DNA from: an uncultured virus (IMG/VR IMGVR_UViG_3300035502_001146)
Taxonomy: Duplodnaviria; Heunggongvirae; Uroviricota; Caudoviricetes
DNA: 56,565 nucleotides
Virus record (IMG/VR): IMGVR_UViG_3300035502_001146
Direction: 5' to 3' (one strand)
The notes beneath the pieces are model-generated. The model made no database searches. It saw only the letters and a list, made by a program, of their open reading frames with translations, and was not told where the DNA came from. Position 1 is the stretch's first letter; every line of letters begins with the position of its first letter. Shown here piece after piece: positions 30,767 to 40,957 of the stretch. The translations under genes were made by a program, and so were the position numbers.

Positions 30767-33020
30767 ATACTTTTTTAAGTAAATTTGCAATTTCATTTAT
30801 TTGCACAAAAACTTTTTTAGTTTAATATTTTTTGATTGTGCAATATTTATAATATTAAACTGATTCCAGCAAAAAATCAGCATTGTATATATTGATTTTT
30901 AAAAAACCCGTAAAGCCTTTATTTAAAGGACTTGCAAGCCTTTTAATTTTGATTTTCTGAATAATTCCTTCTATTACATAAAAACAAACATTTTTGCATT
31001 GTGTGTTTTATATTATATTTCATAATATTCAATGCTTGCATATACCTCATATTTGCCGTTTATTTGCTTGTTTAACGGCGTTTTAACTTGTATGCGTGGA
31101 ATTTATCGACTATGCAAATGAACCGCCGTAAAATGCAAAATAACGCATTATAAGCCTATGTTTGACTTTTTGAGTATGACGGCAGGCAATAACTAATTTT
31201 ATTTTTGGTATCTGATTGAGTATTAGCTTGTATATGCTTGTAAATACGCTTTAAATGGCTTTATTTGCCTTTTATTTGCTTGTATAGATAATTTATACCA
31301 CAACGCAAAATACCGCCGTATATGGGCAAAATAAAGCGATATACAGCGGTATTGTATTTTGTTGTTTTTTGGTTCGATGTGATTTTTGCTTGCGTCCAGA
31401 AAATTGATTTTTCAGATATATACATTTTTTCCAATTTATACCATATAACAAATATTGTATAATTCTTTTAATCATTATATGGAAAATAGTATAATAAATT
31501 TTTCGCCTTTTTTCAGAATTTACGACTTTATGTTATAATCTGAATAATAGTTATAACAAAATTGGTATGGAAAAATCGGCTTTAAATATTTAACAAAAAT
31601 AAGCCTTGTTTTTTAAACAAAATGTTCAAAAATTGCTTGTTTAATGTGTTCAAAAACACAATATGATATTTGTATATATTTAACAATGATAAAATCGGCT
31701 ATTTTACAAAAATATAGCTAAAAAACCGCCTAAAAATGACCTTGTTTTTAAACAAAATTACAATAGCTAAAAATCAGCGTTATGTACAAAAATAACATAT
31801 TTAAAAGGTGAATTTTGTATATAAACACAACAAAATTCTTAAATATATTTTTTAAAAATGTACAAAAATAATTAAAAAATAGGCTAATTTTTAGGTAAAA
31901 ACAGAGAAAAATAAGGGTAAAAATAGCCTAAAAAGTGCCTAAAAAAGTCGCCAAAAAAACCCGTTTTTTGTATATATTGCTGGGCATACCCCCCTTAAAT
32001 TACGGGGTAATTTTTGAGCTGGTTTTTAGGAAAGCAACAATTATCAAACGGCATTTATTGAGCTATATTTATATATGTTATTTAATTATTGTTTCTTTAT
32101 ATGTTATTTCTCTATACATTATTTTCTCTATATATAATTTAATGATTTTTTGTAGAATAAAATACTATGGTAAAAAATTTTCATGAAAAAATTTTGAGAA
32201 AAACGGGCTGGGTAATTATAAAAAGAAATATTAAATATTTTATTAAATGGTTTATTAAGATAATCTATTGTTTATTCTTTGTTTATTTTTTTTATTTGTT
32301 GTTAAATGTTTTAATAAGCGAACTATAAATAATCGTTTCTATAAATCTTTCTTATAAACCGTTTCTATAAATTATTTCTATATATAAATTTTAATCGTTT
32401 TCTATAGAACAAAACTCTATGGCGAAAAAATTTCATGAATTTTTTTTGGGAAAATAGGGTGGTAGATTATTTAATGGCTGTAATAAATAATTATTATATA
32501 TTGTAATTGTTTTTCATAATAGAGCTTTTATTATTAAAATATTCTTTACTGTTTATTGTTTATCTCTTATTATCAGAAATATTATTAGAAGTTTATTTAT
32601 TGTTTTATTATTTATTATTAACTCATAAAATCGCTTATACTTTTTTTACATAATATTTACTGCTGCAACATTTGATTATTTTTCTTTATAACAGAGCTTT
32701 CCTTATAATAATTTTTACTCATTCTCTATAGATAAAAACCCTATATAAAAAATTTTCATGAAAAAAATTTGGAAAAACGCCCTTAGAAAGAATATTATTA
32801 AAAAGAATATTATTAGAAAGAATATTGTTGGATTAAAATATTTTTATTTATGATAGCGTTTTATTTATAATTGTTTTTTTAATAATCTTCTTTTTGTAAA
32901 GAAAACAATAAAATAAGAGGGTTTTATTATACCCTCTTAGTATTGATTATAAATTTCATTTTTCTTTTACTTCGTTCAATAGATAAACTTATATTTAAAT
33001 CAAATTTTATATAATAGCTT

Positions 33021-34430
33021 TTATACAATAGATATTTGAGTACAGTTAAGTTTTTCTATGTCATCAGAGGAAAGTTTTTCGTGTACAAAAATAATATAAT
33101 CTTCCCCACCCTCCATACGATAGGTACTTGAAGTTAAGGATTTTGGTATATTACCTTTCGCATAGGAAGAACCTGTTATATAATAATTTTTATAAATTGA
33201 TGAAATAGGTTGAATTATTTTATATCCATCACTATAATTAATAGTATCACTTTCGGTATTCAAAGTAAGTTTATCAGTAGATTTAAAATTAAATATTTTT
33301 CTATATGTAGAATTATTTTCATAAGCTTGAATTTGAGAGTAATTACTGCTTGTAGAAAAAAGTCCTAACGCTCTATAACTAAATCCTAAATCATCAGATA
33401 CATCATTAATTGTTATTGTTGCGGAAGAAGTACAATCATAACACAAATTACAACAAACAAATCCATTATAACTAACAAATTTAGTTAAGTTCTCAACTCT
33501 ATATTTATCATATCCTGTTGTTGAAGAACCATTTTCTGGTAAACGAGGACAATTATATAAAACATATTCTGCTTTAGAACCTGCATTAGAGACACTTGCA
33601 ATTCCAAAGTATAGATTATCAGGATTTAAAGTAATATCGCCTGCCATTCGATTATTTAACAAATAATAACCTTGGTAGCCAACAAAATTAAAAGTTTTAT
33701 AAGTACCGTCAATTACACAAGATTCTATTGTATTAATTGTTTCTAAATCGTTTAAAGAATTATTAGCTCCTACAAGACCTTCATCGAAATATAAAGCACA
33801 ATATATAGGTTGTGTAGCCCAATCTGAACTCATATCTACAATAAAAGGTTGTTCTCGATAATAACCATTGGGGAATAAAGCGATTGTAGTGGCTTTAATG
33901 TTACAAGTATATAAAAATTGTACATTCTTAGCATAATTTACATAAGCAAAAAAACTAAATGGTGAGTGAGAATAATTTATTGTTATATTATCGAAAGATA
34001 AATCAAAAATTTGACAATTAGCATAAAAATACAAATCAAGTCCTGTTTTTGTATTTATGAATACATCTTCCATATCTGCATCATCTTCTAATAGTAACAA
34101 ATCTAAGTCAGTTTCTACTATATCTTTCGATTCAATATTAGATATGGTATGTCCATTTCCCAAAATAATAAGGTTGGCTATAAAAGTATTGTTTTTGGCA
34201 GTAACAAAATGTGTATATGTTTTAATATAAGAAAAATCCAAATCTGCTTTTATATTAAAGATAACACCTATTTCTTTGGGATTACTGAAGTTTTCGTCAT
34301 CATAACACTTATAATAATTAGAAAAATCTGTATTATTGAGAGTATCTATTAAATCACTTGCAGAATTTATTTCAATTGTTAAACTTTGCTCATTATTTAA
34401 TATTTGATATATTGAATCACTGGCATACAT
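33021..34430 (-). CDS. large hypothetical protein, possibly virion/adhesin-like
   Basis: 469 aa; I.SASDL...ADLDFS...ILGNGHTISNI resembles GLUG-type N-terminal module. Confidence 0.7.
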   Translation of the reverse strand: MYASDSIYQILNNEQSLTIEINSASDLIDTLNNTDFSNYYKCYDDENFSNPKEIGVIFNIKADLDFSYIKTYTHFVTAKNNTFIANLIILGNGHTISNIESKDIVETDLDLLLLEDDADMEDVFINTKTGLDLYFYANCQIFDLSFDNITINYSHSPFSFFAYVNYAKNVQFLYTCNIKATTIALFPNGYYREQPFIVDMSSDWATQPIYCALYFDEGLVGANNSLNDLETINTIESCVIDGTYKTFNFVGYQGYYLLNNRMAGDITLNPDNLYFGIASVSNAGSKAEYVLYNCPRLPENGSSTTGYDKYRVENLTKFVSYNGFVCCNLCYDCTSSATITINDVSDDLGFSYRALGLFSTSSNYSQIQAYENNSTYRKIFNFKSTDKLTLNTESDTINYSDGYKIIQPISSIYKNYYITGSSYAKGNIPKSLTSSTYRMEGGEDYIIFVHEKLSSDDIEKLNCTQISIV

Positions 34431-34604
34431 TTAATCACGTCCTTTTTTATTGTAAAAAATAATTTTATGAAAGATTCTATTATTTCTTTACAAAAATAAT
34501 AACAAATAATATAATTATAAATAAGGGTTCTTTATAAATAACAAAAAAAGGAAGTATAAAAAATACTCCCTTTGATAATTGTTTTATTTATTAAAATAAA
34601 AAAA

Positions 34605-35099
34605 TTAATTACTAAAACCAATCGTATTAAGATAACCTGCGGAGAACATTTCATAATCATTTATTAATAGTCCAAAATTAATAATTATTTTAAGATTATT
34701 TTCATCATATTCTTTATTTGAGCGTAAGTCTTTTTTAGTAATAAGTTTATTAAAGGAATTAAGCTCTACTGCGAGCTGTTCATTATCAATCCAATAAATA
34801 ATTTCTTTAGTGCCTAAAATTCTTTCTATTTCAGCAGCTAATTTATTAGCAAGTTCAGGAATTTCTTCTTTTGAGAATTTAATTTTAAGCCCTGAGAAAG
34901 CGTTAGATATTTTTGAATCATCAACATTTAAGTCGTGATAATTATTTTCATCATAAGCTAAAGTAAGAATATATTCTAATTCACAAGTATTGTTATTATC
35001 GGTTATATCAAAATCTTCTATAAAATCATCTATAATATCATAAGATATTCTAAGTAAGCGTTTCTGAGCAGATTTTCTTATAAAACATCTTCTTTTCAT
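34605..35099 (-). CDS. acidic protein with basic N-terminal leader
   Basis: GAGG RBS; MKRRCFIRKSAQKRLLRIS then D/E-rich body; weak similarity to 35407. Confidence 0.75.
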   Translation of the reverse strand: MKRRCFIRKSAQKRLLRISYDIIDDFIEDFDITDNNNTCELEYILTLAYDENNYHDLNVDDSKISNAFSGLKIKFSKEEIPELANKLAAEIERILGTKEIIYWIDNEQLAVELNSFNKLITKKDLRSNKEYDENNLKIIINFGLLINDYEMFSAGYLNTIGFSN

Positions 35100-35406
35100 A
35101 TTATTCAACCTCTCTATTATAAAAAACTTTCTTTACTTAATATTTTATTACTTATTCTTTTTAAATATTTAATTTTTTTTAAATGTTTATTTTTAATAAT
35201 GTTTTTTTAATAATCATTATCTTTAATAGAATTGAATGGGGAAATTATGATTATGCAAATTTCTGATTATGATGCAAATTTCAGATTATACAATTTTCTG
35301 TTATTAGACAAAGTTATCTATAATAGTAAATAAGCATATAGTATATTTAAAAATTAAAAAGAGTTTTCTAAAAAATTTCTAAAAATAAAGGAGAGGAGAT
35401 AGGAAT

Positions 35407-35865
35407 ATGAATAAGATATTAAGAAGATTTGCGAGCTTTAAGAAAATAGCAAACATAGAAGCCTTTGAGGAAAAGTATGAGATTAAGGATAAGAATGAGC
35501 TTAGTGTATTTGCAAGTTATAAGATTTATGATACTGAATTAGATAACCCTGAACTTAAAGAAGTAGAAGAAGAAATAATGTTTGATATTGAATTTTCTGA
35601 GGACGAGGTAAATAAGTTAGCGGATAAGATTAAGAAAGAATATGTTTCTTACCAAGGTATACCAAAAGAAGATGTATGTGATTTTTATATAAGCAATGGT
35701 GAGTTAAAATCAAAGTGTGGTATGTTCTTAAATAAGAGAGGATATTATACATACGAATATATAAAGAAAGAAGTACCACAATACACAGAGGAAACTAAAT
35801 ATAATATAATGATAAATGGTATAGTAGTAGACAATGAAAAAGATTTACAAATGATGGGATTTTAA
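35407..35865 (+). CDS. acidic protein with basic N-terminal leader
   Basis: GAGGAG RBS; MNKILRRFASFKKIA leader. Confidence 0.8.
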   Translation: MNKILRRFASFKKIANIEAFEEKYEIKDKNELSVFASYKIYDTELDNPELKEVEEEIMFDIEFSEDEVNKLADKIKKEYVSYQGIPKEDVCDFYISNGELKSKCGMFLNKRGYYTYEYIKKEVPQYTEETKYNIMINGIVVDNEKDLQMMGF

Positions 35866-36005
35866 GAATTATAAATGATGAAAAAATAAATATAAATGAT
35901 GAAAAAGACAGGTAATATTATTTACCTGCCTTTTCACTTTGAAGGTATAAAATATATATAAAAAATTAGATAACGCTTTGTTTAGAAAAACTTCTTTGTT
36001 TTTTG

Positions 36006-36170
36006 CTACATAGCTTCTTTGTTTATATTTCTTTCTTTAAAACACGTTGGGCAATAAATAGTCTTATCCTTACCAAAGAGTAATTTTAGATAAGTCTGCT
36101 CATTTACCTTACCCTTTTTACCACAACAATCACACCTAACATAATAATTACCATTCACCATCTTTACCAT
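36006..36170 (-). CDS. small CxxC...CxxC zinc-finger protein (54 aa, not in ORF track)
   Basis: AAGGAGG RBS, promoter ~36220-36248; MVKMVNGNYYVRCDCC...CPTCFK. Confidence 0.75.
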   Translation of the reverse strand: MVKMVNGNYYVRCDCCGKKGKVNEQTYLKLLFGKDKTIYCPTCFKERNINKEAM

Positions 36171-36523
36171 TCTTTACATTCCTCCTTTTTTGTAATCGCT
36201 CTTTTTTGTTTACGATTATATTATATCATAAATTTTATTATTTGTCAAGTATTTTTTAGAAAATTTTAAAATTATTTTTTAAAAGTAAAAAGGGAGCTTT
36301 AATACTCCCTTTAAAAAACATTTTTTCAATTATAAGATATTTTATAAATATTTAAGATATCTTATAAATACTTCTATCCATTATTCTATTTACAACGCCA
36401 TCAATATTGTAATGTAATTTAAAGCATTTGTCACATAGAGAAGTTTTATTAGTTTTAGGCAGAATACCCCCACTTCAAAAAAATCGTTAGATTTTTTAAG
36501 TGGAGGGATGAATGCCTTTTTTG

Positions 36524-38020
36524 TTAAATATATACTAATCCACTATTATTCCTAATAATGGTACAGTCTTTTGTAGGATAGTTTGTATTTTTGTCACCTA
36601 CTGCACGAAGATATTGTCCATTAGAAAGCTGACCACTCATAGTATAAATCTTGTTCTTATACTCAAATTGAGTTCCTGGCATAAGTCTATTTTTAGTATT
36701 ATATCTTCTAGTACTCTTAGTAACTTGTAATTTGGATTGAAGCTTTCTAGCTTCTAATTTTCCAAATTGTTGCTTAGTTTTGATATACCATTCATGTAAT
36801 GAATCTTCTTTTTGGTCCATACGTTTTCTTCTATTCTTAGCAACAATTTGGTTATCTAACTTATAAACTCTCTCTGTTTGAGCTTTGACAATACTTCTAT
36901 TATGTTTTCTAAATTGTTTCAATTGAAAACAATCTTCAGGAATATCTAATAAAAAATTATCGTTATCTTTTAAAATACTTACTGCTATACAATAGGCATC
37001 TATATTATGGTCTTTCTTAATATTAAATTCATTTCTAAAGCATTTGGTATTGTAACCGTTGGTTACAATCACTTCATACTTTTTAGACAATTCATTTATT
37101 AGAAATGGAATAATTTGATTTAATACTGATAAAGCACCATACTTTTTATTTAATCCATTCTTTTTAGTTAATAATTTTTTATTCCATTTCTCATTATTAT
37201 GAACCAAAGTATGGTGCTTTTCACATACACCTGCTATATTAGATATAGTGTTACTACCACCTTTACTTTTAGAAATTATATGATGATAATGGTCTATTTT
37301 ATTTTTACATAAAATACAATGACAATTTTGTTGCTCATTTATGGCTTCTTCTAATGAACCTTTTTTATATAAAGGACCTCTAGTATAATCCAACTTTCTA
37401 ACATTAGGATTATCTAAAGCCATAAATGCAAATTTATTAATTTCTATTACAATAGTTTGAATAGGAAGAAGAGACGAAGTCTTTTCTACTTTATTCAAAT
37501 GTGTTTGTAATAGTTGTCTTGCAGTAGGAGTGAGCCACCCTACATCTCTTTTCCTATTGCAAAATTTAGATTCTGAATTGATAATATCATATATAAAAAT
37601 AGGCTTATCGTATTTAGGTAAAATTCTTTCTTTAGGATAAGAAAATATAGTATTACACTTTTTAGCTCTTCTCTTACGGCATAGGCGTTCACCTCTACGT
37701 GAAGCCATTCTATGAACTTTACGATTAGCCATAAGTTTAGGTATTTCCTTATTCCTAGTTTCTGTATGAGCTGAATATAGTGTTTTACCGTCTATCCTGA
37801 TAGCTGTATCACCTATATTAGTTCTACCTGGGTCGATACCTAAAATTATAGGTTGAACCACTTTTGTTTTAGTTTCATACAATAGTTGTATGGTAAAAGG
37901 TTTTCTGTTCACCATTTTAGCTTTTTTAGATTTCAATAATCTATACACTTTACCAGAACGGATTGTAGGCATAAGTAGTGAACCGTTTAAATCTAAAACA
38001 TATATAATTGACATACCCAC
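36524..38020 (-). CDS. iscB: IscB RNA-guided endonuclease
   Basis: LLMP (PLMP) N-terminus, PFTIQL, RuvC I LGIDPG, Arg-rich bridge helix, IVIE, HNH (C..C...HH....GGSN...N...C..HH), RuvC III H.IDA. Confidence 0.92.
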   Translation of the reverse strand: MGMSIIYVLDLNGSLLMPTIRSGKVYRLLKSKKAKMVNRKPFTIQLLYETKTKVVQPIILGIDPGRTNIGDTAIRIDGKTLYSAHTETRNKEIPKLMANRKVHRMASRRGERLCRKRRAKKCNTIFSYPKERILPKYDKPIFIYDIINSESKFCNRKRDVGWLTPTARQLLQTHLNKVEKTSSLLPIQTIVIEINKFAFMALDNPNVRKLDYTRGPLYKKGSLEEAINEQQNCHCILCKNKIDHYHHIISKSKGGSNTISNIAGVCEKHHTLVHNNEKWNKKLLTKKNGLNKKYGALSVLNQIIPFLINELSKKYEVIVTNGYNTKCFRNEFNIKKDHNIDAYCIAVSILKDNDNFLLDIPEDCFQLKQFRKHNRSIVKAQTERVYKLDNQIVAKNRRKRMDQKEDSLHEWYIKTKQQFGKLEARKLQSKLQVTKSTRRYNTKNRLMPGTQFEYKNKIYTMSGQLSNGQYLRAVGDKNTNYPTKDCTIIRNNSGLVYI

Positions 38021-38039
38021 ACTCCTTTCTTATAAAGTA

Positions 38040-38265
38040 AAAATAAATAAAATAAAAATAATATAAATATATTGTTCTAAAGCGGTAAGCGAGTACAATA
38101 TACAAAACTCTAAGGTTTCCCTAAGTTAGATATAATGTTTCCAGTTTAACTATCGACTGGGAAAATCAATAGGTGGCATTATATCTATATGCTTCTGCTC
38201 AACAAGCCTTACGGCAAGCCACCACTTCTAAAAATTCATAGAATTTTTAAGTGGTGGTTGTTGAC
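38040..38265 (-). ncRNA. IscB omegaRNA scaffold (3' boundary approximate)
   Basis: begins GTCAACAACCACCACTT...AAGTGGTGGCTTG; multiple hairpins between element end and iscB start. Confidence 0.75.
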
Positions 38266-38552
38266 TTATTCCTGATATGTAATCTTTGTATCTATCCGCA
38301 TTACTGATATTTACAGAACTACATACGTCACAAATTGCATAAAACTTATCATTTGATTTTTTAACCATAAAAATTACCCTCTTTCTTTTTTATTTTGTAA
38401 AATTATAATAACACAAAGTTCGAATTTTGTCAATACTAAAAGGAAAAATTGATATAAAAAATTATATATAAAATTTTACATTTTTATATATTGACAAAAA
38501 ATAGAAAATGTTGTATAATTAAGCTAAAAAATATATAAAGGAGGAAAGAATC

Positions 38553-38774
38553 TTGGAAGCAAGAGTTGGAACAAGGATAGGAAATTTTGTAATAGAAAAG
38601 GAATTAAAACCTAAAATGAAAAGAAATCATATATTATATAGAAATTTTCTATGTAAGTGTGTGAAGTGTACGGGATATAGAATATTGGGTGAATATAAAT
38701 TACAATACGCAGCAATTACTGATTGTGAAGCTTGTGACCACGGCTTGCGAGAGGCTATTGAAAATGGACTATAA
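38553..38774 (+). CDS. small Cys-rich protein
   Basis: promoter 38491-38519, AAGGAGG RBS; CKC..C, C..C. Confidence 0.65.
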   Translation: MEARVGTRIGNFVIEKELKPKMKRNHILYRNFLCKCVKCTGYRILGEYKLQYAAITDCEACDHGLREAIENGL

Positions 38775-39138
38775 AACATTTTGTATGTTATTATTTTTTG
38801 GAAATACAGTTAATTTAATTGAAACTTGTATATGGATAAAGATATTATTCTTTAAAGATAAGTATGGTAATTTTATTTACCAAGAGTATAATAATAAATA
38901 TTCAAAGGAGCTACATAGAAATCAATTTATTTATGCAAAGGGGTATGAAGATTTAAAACTTGCTGTATATTCATATATTTTCTTTACGACCTTGATTAAT
39001 TTATTTAATTCTTATATTCCAATACTTAATATTCTATCTTTACTTAATTTGCTTTGTAATTATAATCGTAAGATTAAGAATGGGTTATTTGCTTTTACAG
39101 CGGCAATAGATAGAATATATATAAAGAATAATTTATAA
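38764..39138 (+). CDS. putative membrane protein
   Basis: ATG overlapping previous gene end; hydrophobic segments. Confidence 0.55.
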   Translation: MDYKTFCMLLFFGNTVNLIETCIWIKILFFKDKYGNFIYQEYNNKYSKELHRNQFIYAKGYEDLKLAVYSYIFFTTLINLFNSYIPILNILSLLNLLCNYNRKIKNGLFAFTAAIDRIYIKNNL

Positions 39139-39632
39139 TCTTATAGTAATCCATAAGAAATATAAACGAAATATTTGTAATATAATAGAAATATTTCTAC
39201 AAACTGATTGTAATAATATAAAAAATATTAAATAGGCTAAACAAGGTAATTTCAAAGAAAAAATATTGATGATTGTAACATTGTTGAAAAAATGATGAAA
39301 AGAAAAAACTCAAATTAAATACATTCTTATTTTTATTTTTTAAACATAGTAGCCTTAAGAAAAGCTATCCTAAAAAGACAAAAAACTTAATTATTTTTAT
39401 ATAATATATCGAAACAAAATAATGTTCAATGGATAGGGACGAAAATAATGTTTTCAGAAGTAGTGGAAAACTAAAAGTTTGTAAAAAAATAAAAAGAAAG
39501 AAGTACAATCAGTCTAAATGTTTAAAAAAATGAATATTTTTATTTATAGAATAATAACCTTGAAAAAATTGTGCATATTTAATTTTTTTGAGGTTATTTT
39601 ATCAACTAAATTAACAGGAAGGAGAAATCTAT

Positions 39633-39953
39633 ATGTTTATTATTACTTGTAAAGAAAACGATGAAGATAAGAAGTTAGTGTATGATGAGGATATAAGATA
39701 TACTTGGGGTGACGATATCTTTTCTGCCGTAAGGTTTGAGAGTAAGCAAGATGCTATTGATTTTATTCTGAAAGAAAAGATGTTCACTAATATAGATAAT
39801 GGTACTTTACCGTTCTTACTTAGAGATGTGGACACTAACAGCGTATATATAAAGAAAATTGATGAAATAACTTATAGAGATATAGCTAACATAAAGTTTG
39901 ATAAGCTCTATAATAAGTTAAGTAAAATGATTGAAGCAGAAATTAAAAAATAA
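39633..39953 (+). CDS. hypothetical protein
   Basis: AAGGAG RBS. Confidence 0.75.
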   Translation: MFIITCKENDEDKKLVYDEDIRYTWGDDIFSAVRFESKQDAIDFILKEKMFTNIDNGTLPFLLRDVDTNSVYIKKIDEITYRDIANIKFDKLYNKLSKMIEAEIKK

Positions 39954-40121
39954 AAAATATTATATATTTCTTAATTAAAAAGAATGAAGTATAATGGATT
40001 TAAAAGTAATATGTGGTTTATAAAAATTTAGAAATATTTGTGGTTGAATATTTTTAAAGAAATTTTAAAATAAATAATTTTATAAGATAACCCTTTTGTG
40101 GTTGAAAGGAGTTTATCATTT

Positions 40122-40622
40122 ATGAAAAAAGAAGAAAAGTATTCTAAAGTTTTTGAAACTTTTGAGGAGTTTCAAGAAGAAGTTGAAAAAGATATAGCTA
40201 AAATAGAAAAACAAAAAATAAGAACAGCTGTTTATAGGTTTCTATACAATATAAAGGAAAAATTCAGGACTATGATAAATTTTTTTAGGAATGTAATAAA
40301 ATATAGGAAAATCTTAGCCGAAGACCACGACTGGGATTATTATTATATTTTAACTTTATTAAGGGCTAAGTTAAACTTCGTAAAACAACATCAGAAAAAT
40401 TCTTTATTATCAGATGACCTTATCGAAAAATATACTAATCAATTAGATGAGTGTATTGTTAGATTAGATAAGCTTATTGATGAAAATTATTTTTATGATG
40501 AATATACAAAAACTCATGATACATTGGATAATATGTTTAAAGAAACAGAAGAACAAAAGGAAAATGTTAAGAATGAGCTTTTTGATATGTTAAAGGAAAA
40601 CATTTTTTATTGGTGGGATTAA
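40122..40622 (+). CDS. hypothetical phage protein
   Basis: GAAAGGAG RBS; D.DWDY and terminal WWD motifs. Confidence 0.8.
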   Translation: MKKEEKYSKVFETFEEFQEEVEKDIAKIEKQKIRTAVYRFLYNIKEKFRTMINFFRNVIKYRKILAEDHDWDYYYILTLLRAKLNFVKQHQKNSLLSDDLIEKYTNQLDECIVRLDKLIDENYFYDEYTKTHDTLDNMFKETEEQKENVKNELFDMLKENIFYWWD

Positions 40623-40708
40623 AATATAAAAAGAGGTATTATTAAAAATAACACACAGGGAGATACTTAAAAATCTCCCTTTTACTTTATAAAGGAATGT
40701 GATTTGTT

Positions 40709-40957
40709 ATGAAGATAAAAATTATCTATATGCCGTCAAAAAATATTTATACATTAAAGTTCCAAAGCGAAGATATAGAAGGAAAAGACATTAGGATGTT
40801 ATTTGATTTTATATTGAACAATATGGAGCTTTTAACAATTAATAAATGCTATGTAAAAAATGGAAATATCTATAGTAGAGATTTAACTGGTATAAGAGAA
40901 GTAAGAGACAGCTTAAATGGTCAAATAATGTTTTTAAAATTGCAGGGAGAGTTATGA
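40709..40957 (+). CDS. hypothetical protein
   Basis: RBS; ATGA overlap with tmk. Confidence 0.7.
   Translation: MKIKIIYMPSKNIYTLKFQSEDIEGKDIRMLFDFILNNMELLTINKCYVKNGNIYSRDLTGIREVRDSLNGQIMFLKLQGEL

Larger units (their letters stand above)
36459..38265 (-). mobile_element. non-autonomous IS200/IS605-family IscB element (no tnpA)
   Basis: related subterminal hairpins at ~36466-36497 and ~38219-38258; GTCAA end at 38265; interrupts an ORF; no target duplication seen. Confidence 0.85.
36352..38368 (-). pseudogene. small zinc-finger gene split by the IscB element (38368-38266 joined to 36458-36352)
   Basis: joined halves give 210 nt in frame: MVKKSNDKFYAICDVC...SGI/TKTNKTSLCDKCFK...; paralog of 36006-36170. 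Confidence 0.8.

Noticed and set aside
8557..32186. Short ORFs in non-coding blocks (8557, 9985, 10735, 31293, 31935)
   Set aside because: Low-complexity F/I/K/L translations of AT-rich DNA, no RBS
32783..32830. 15-bp tandem repeat TTARAAAGAATATTR x3
   Set aside because: Probably simple slippage in AT-rich DNA
39140..39600. Gene or ncRNA in this 460-bp gap
   Set aside because: No convincing ORF, repeat or structure found
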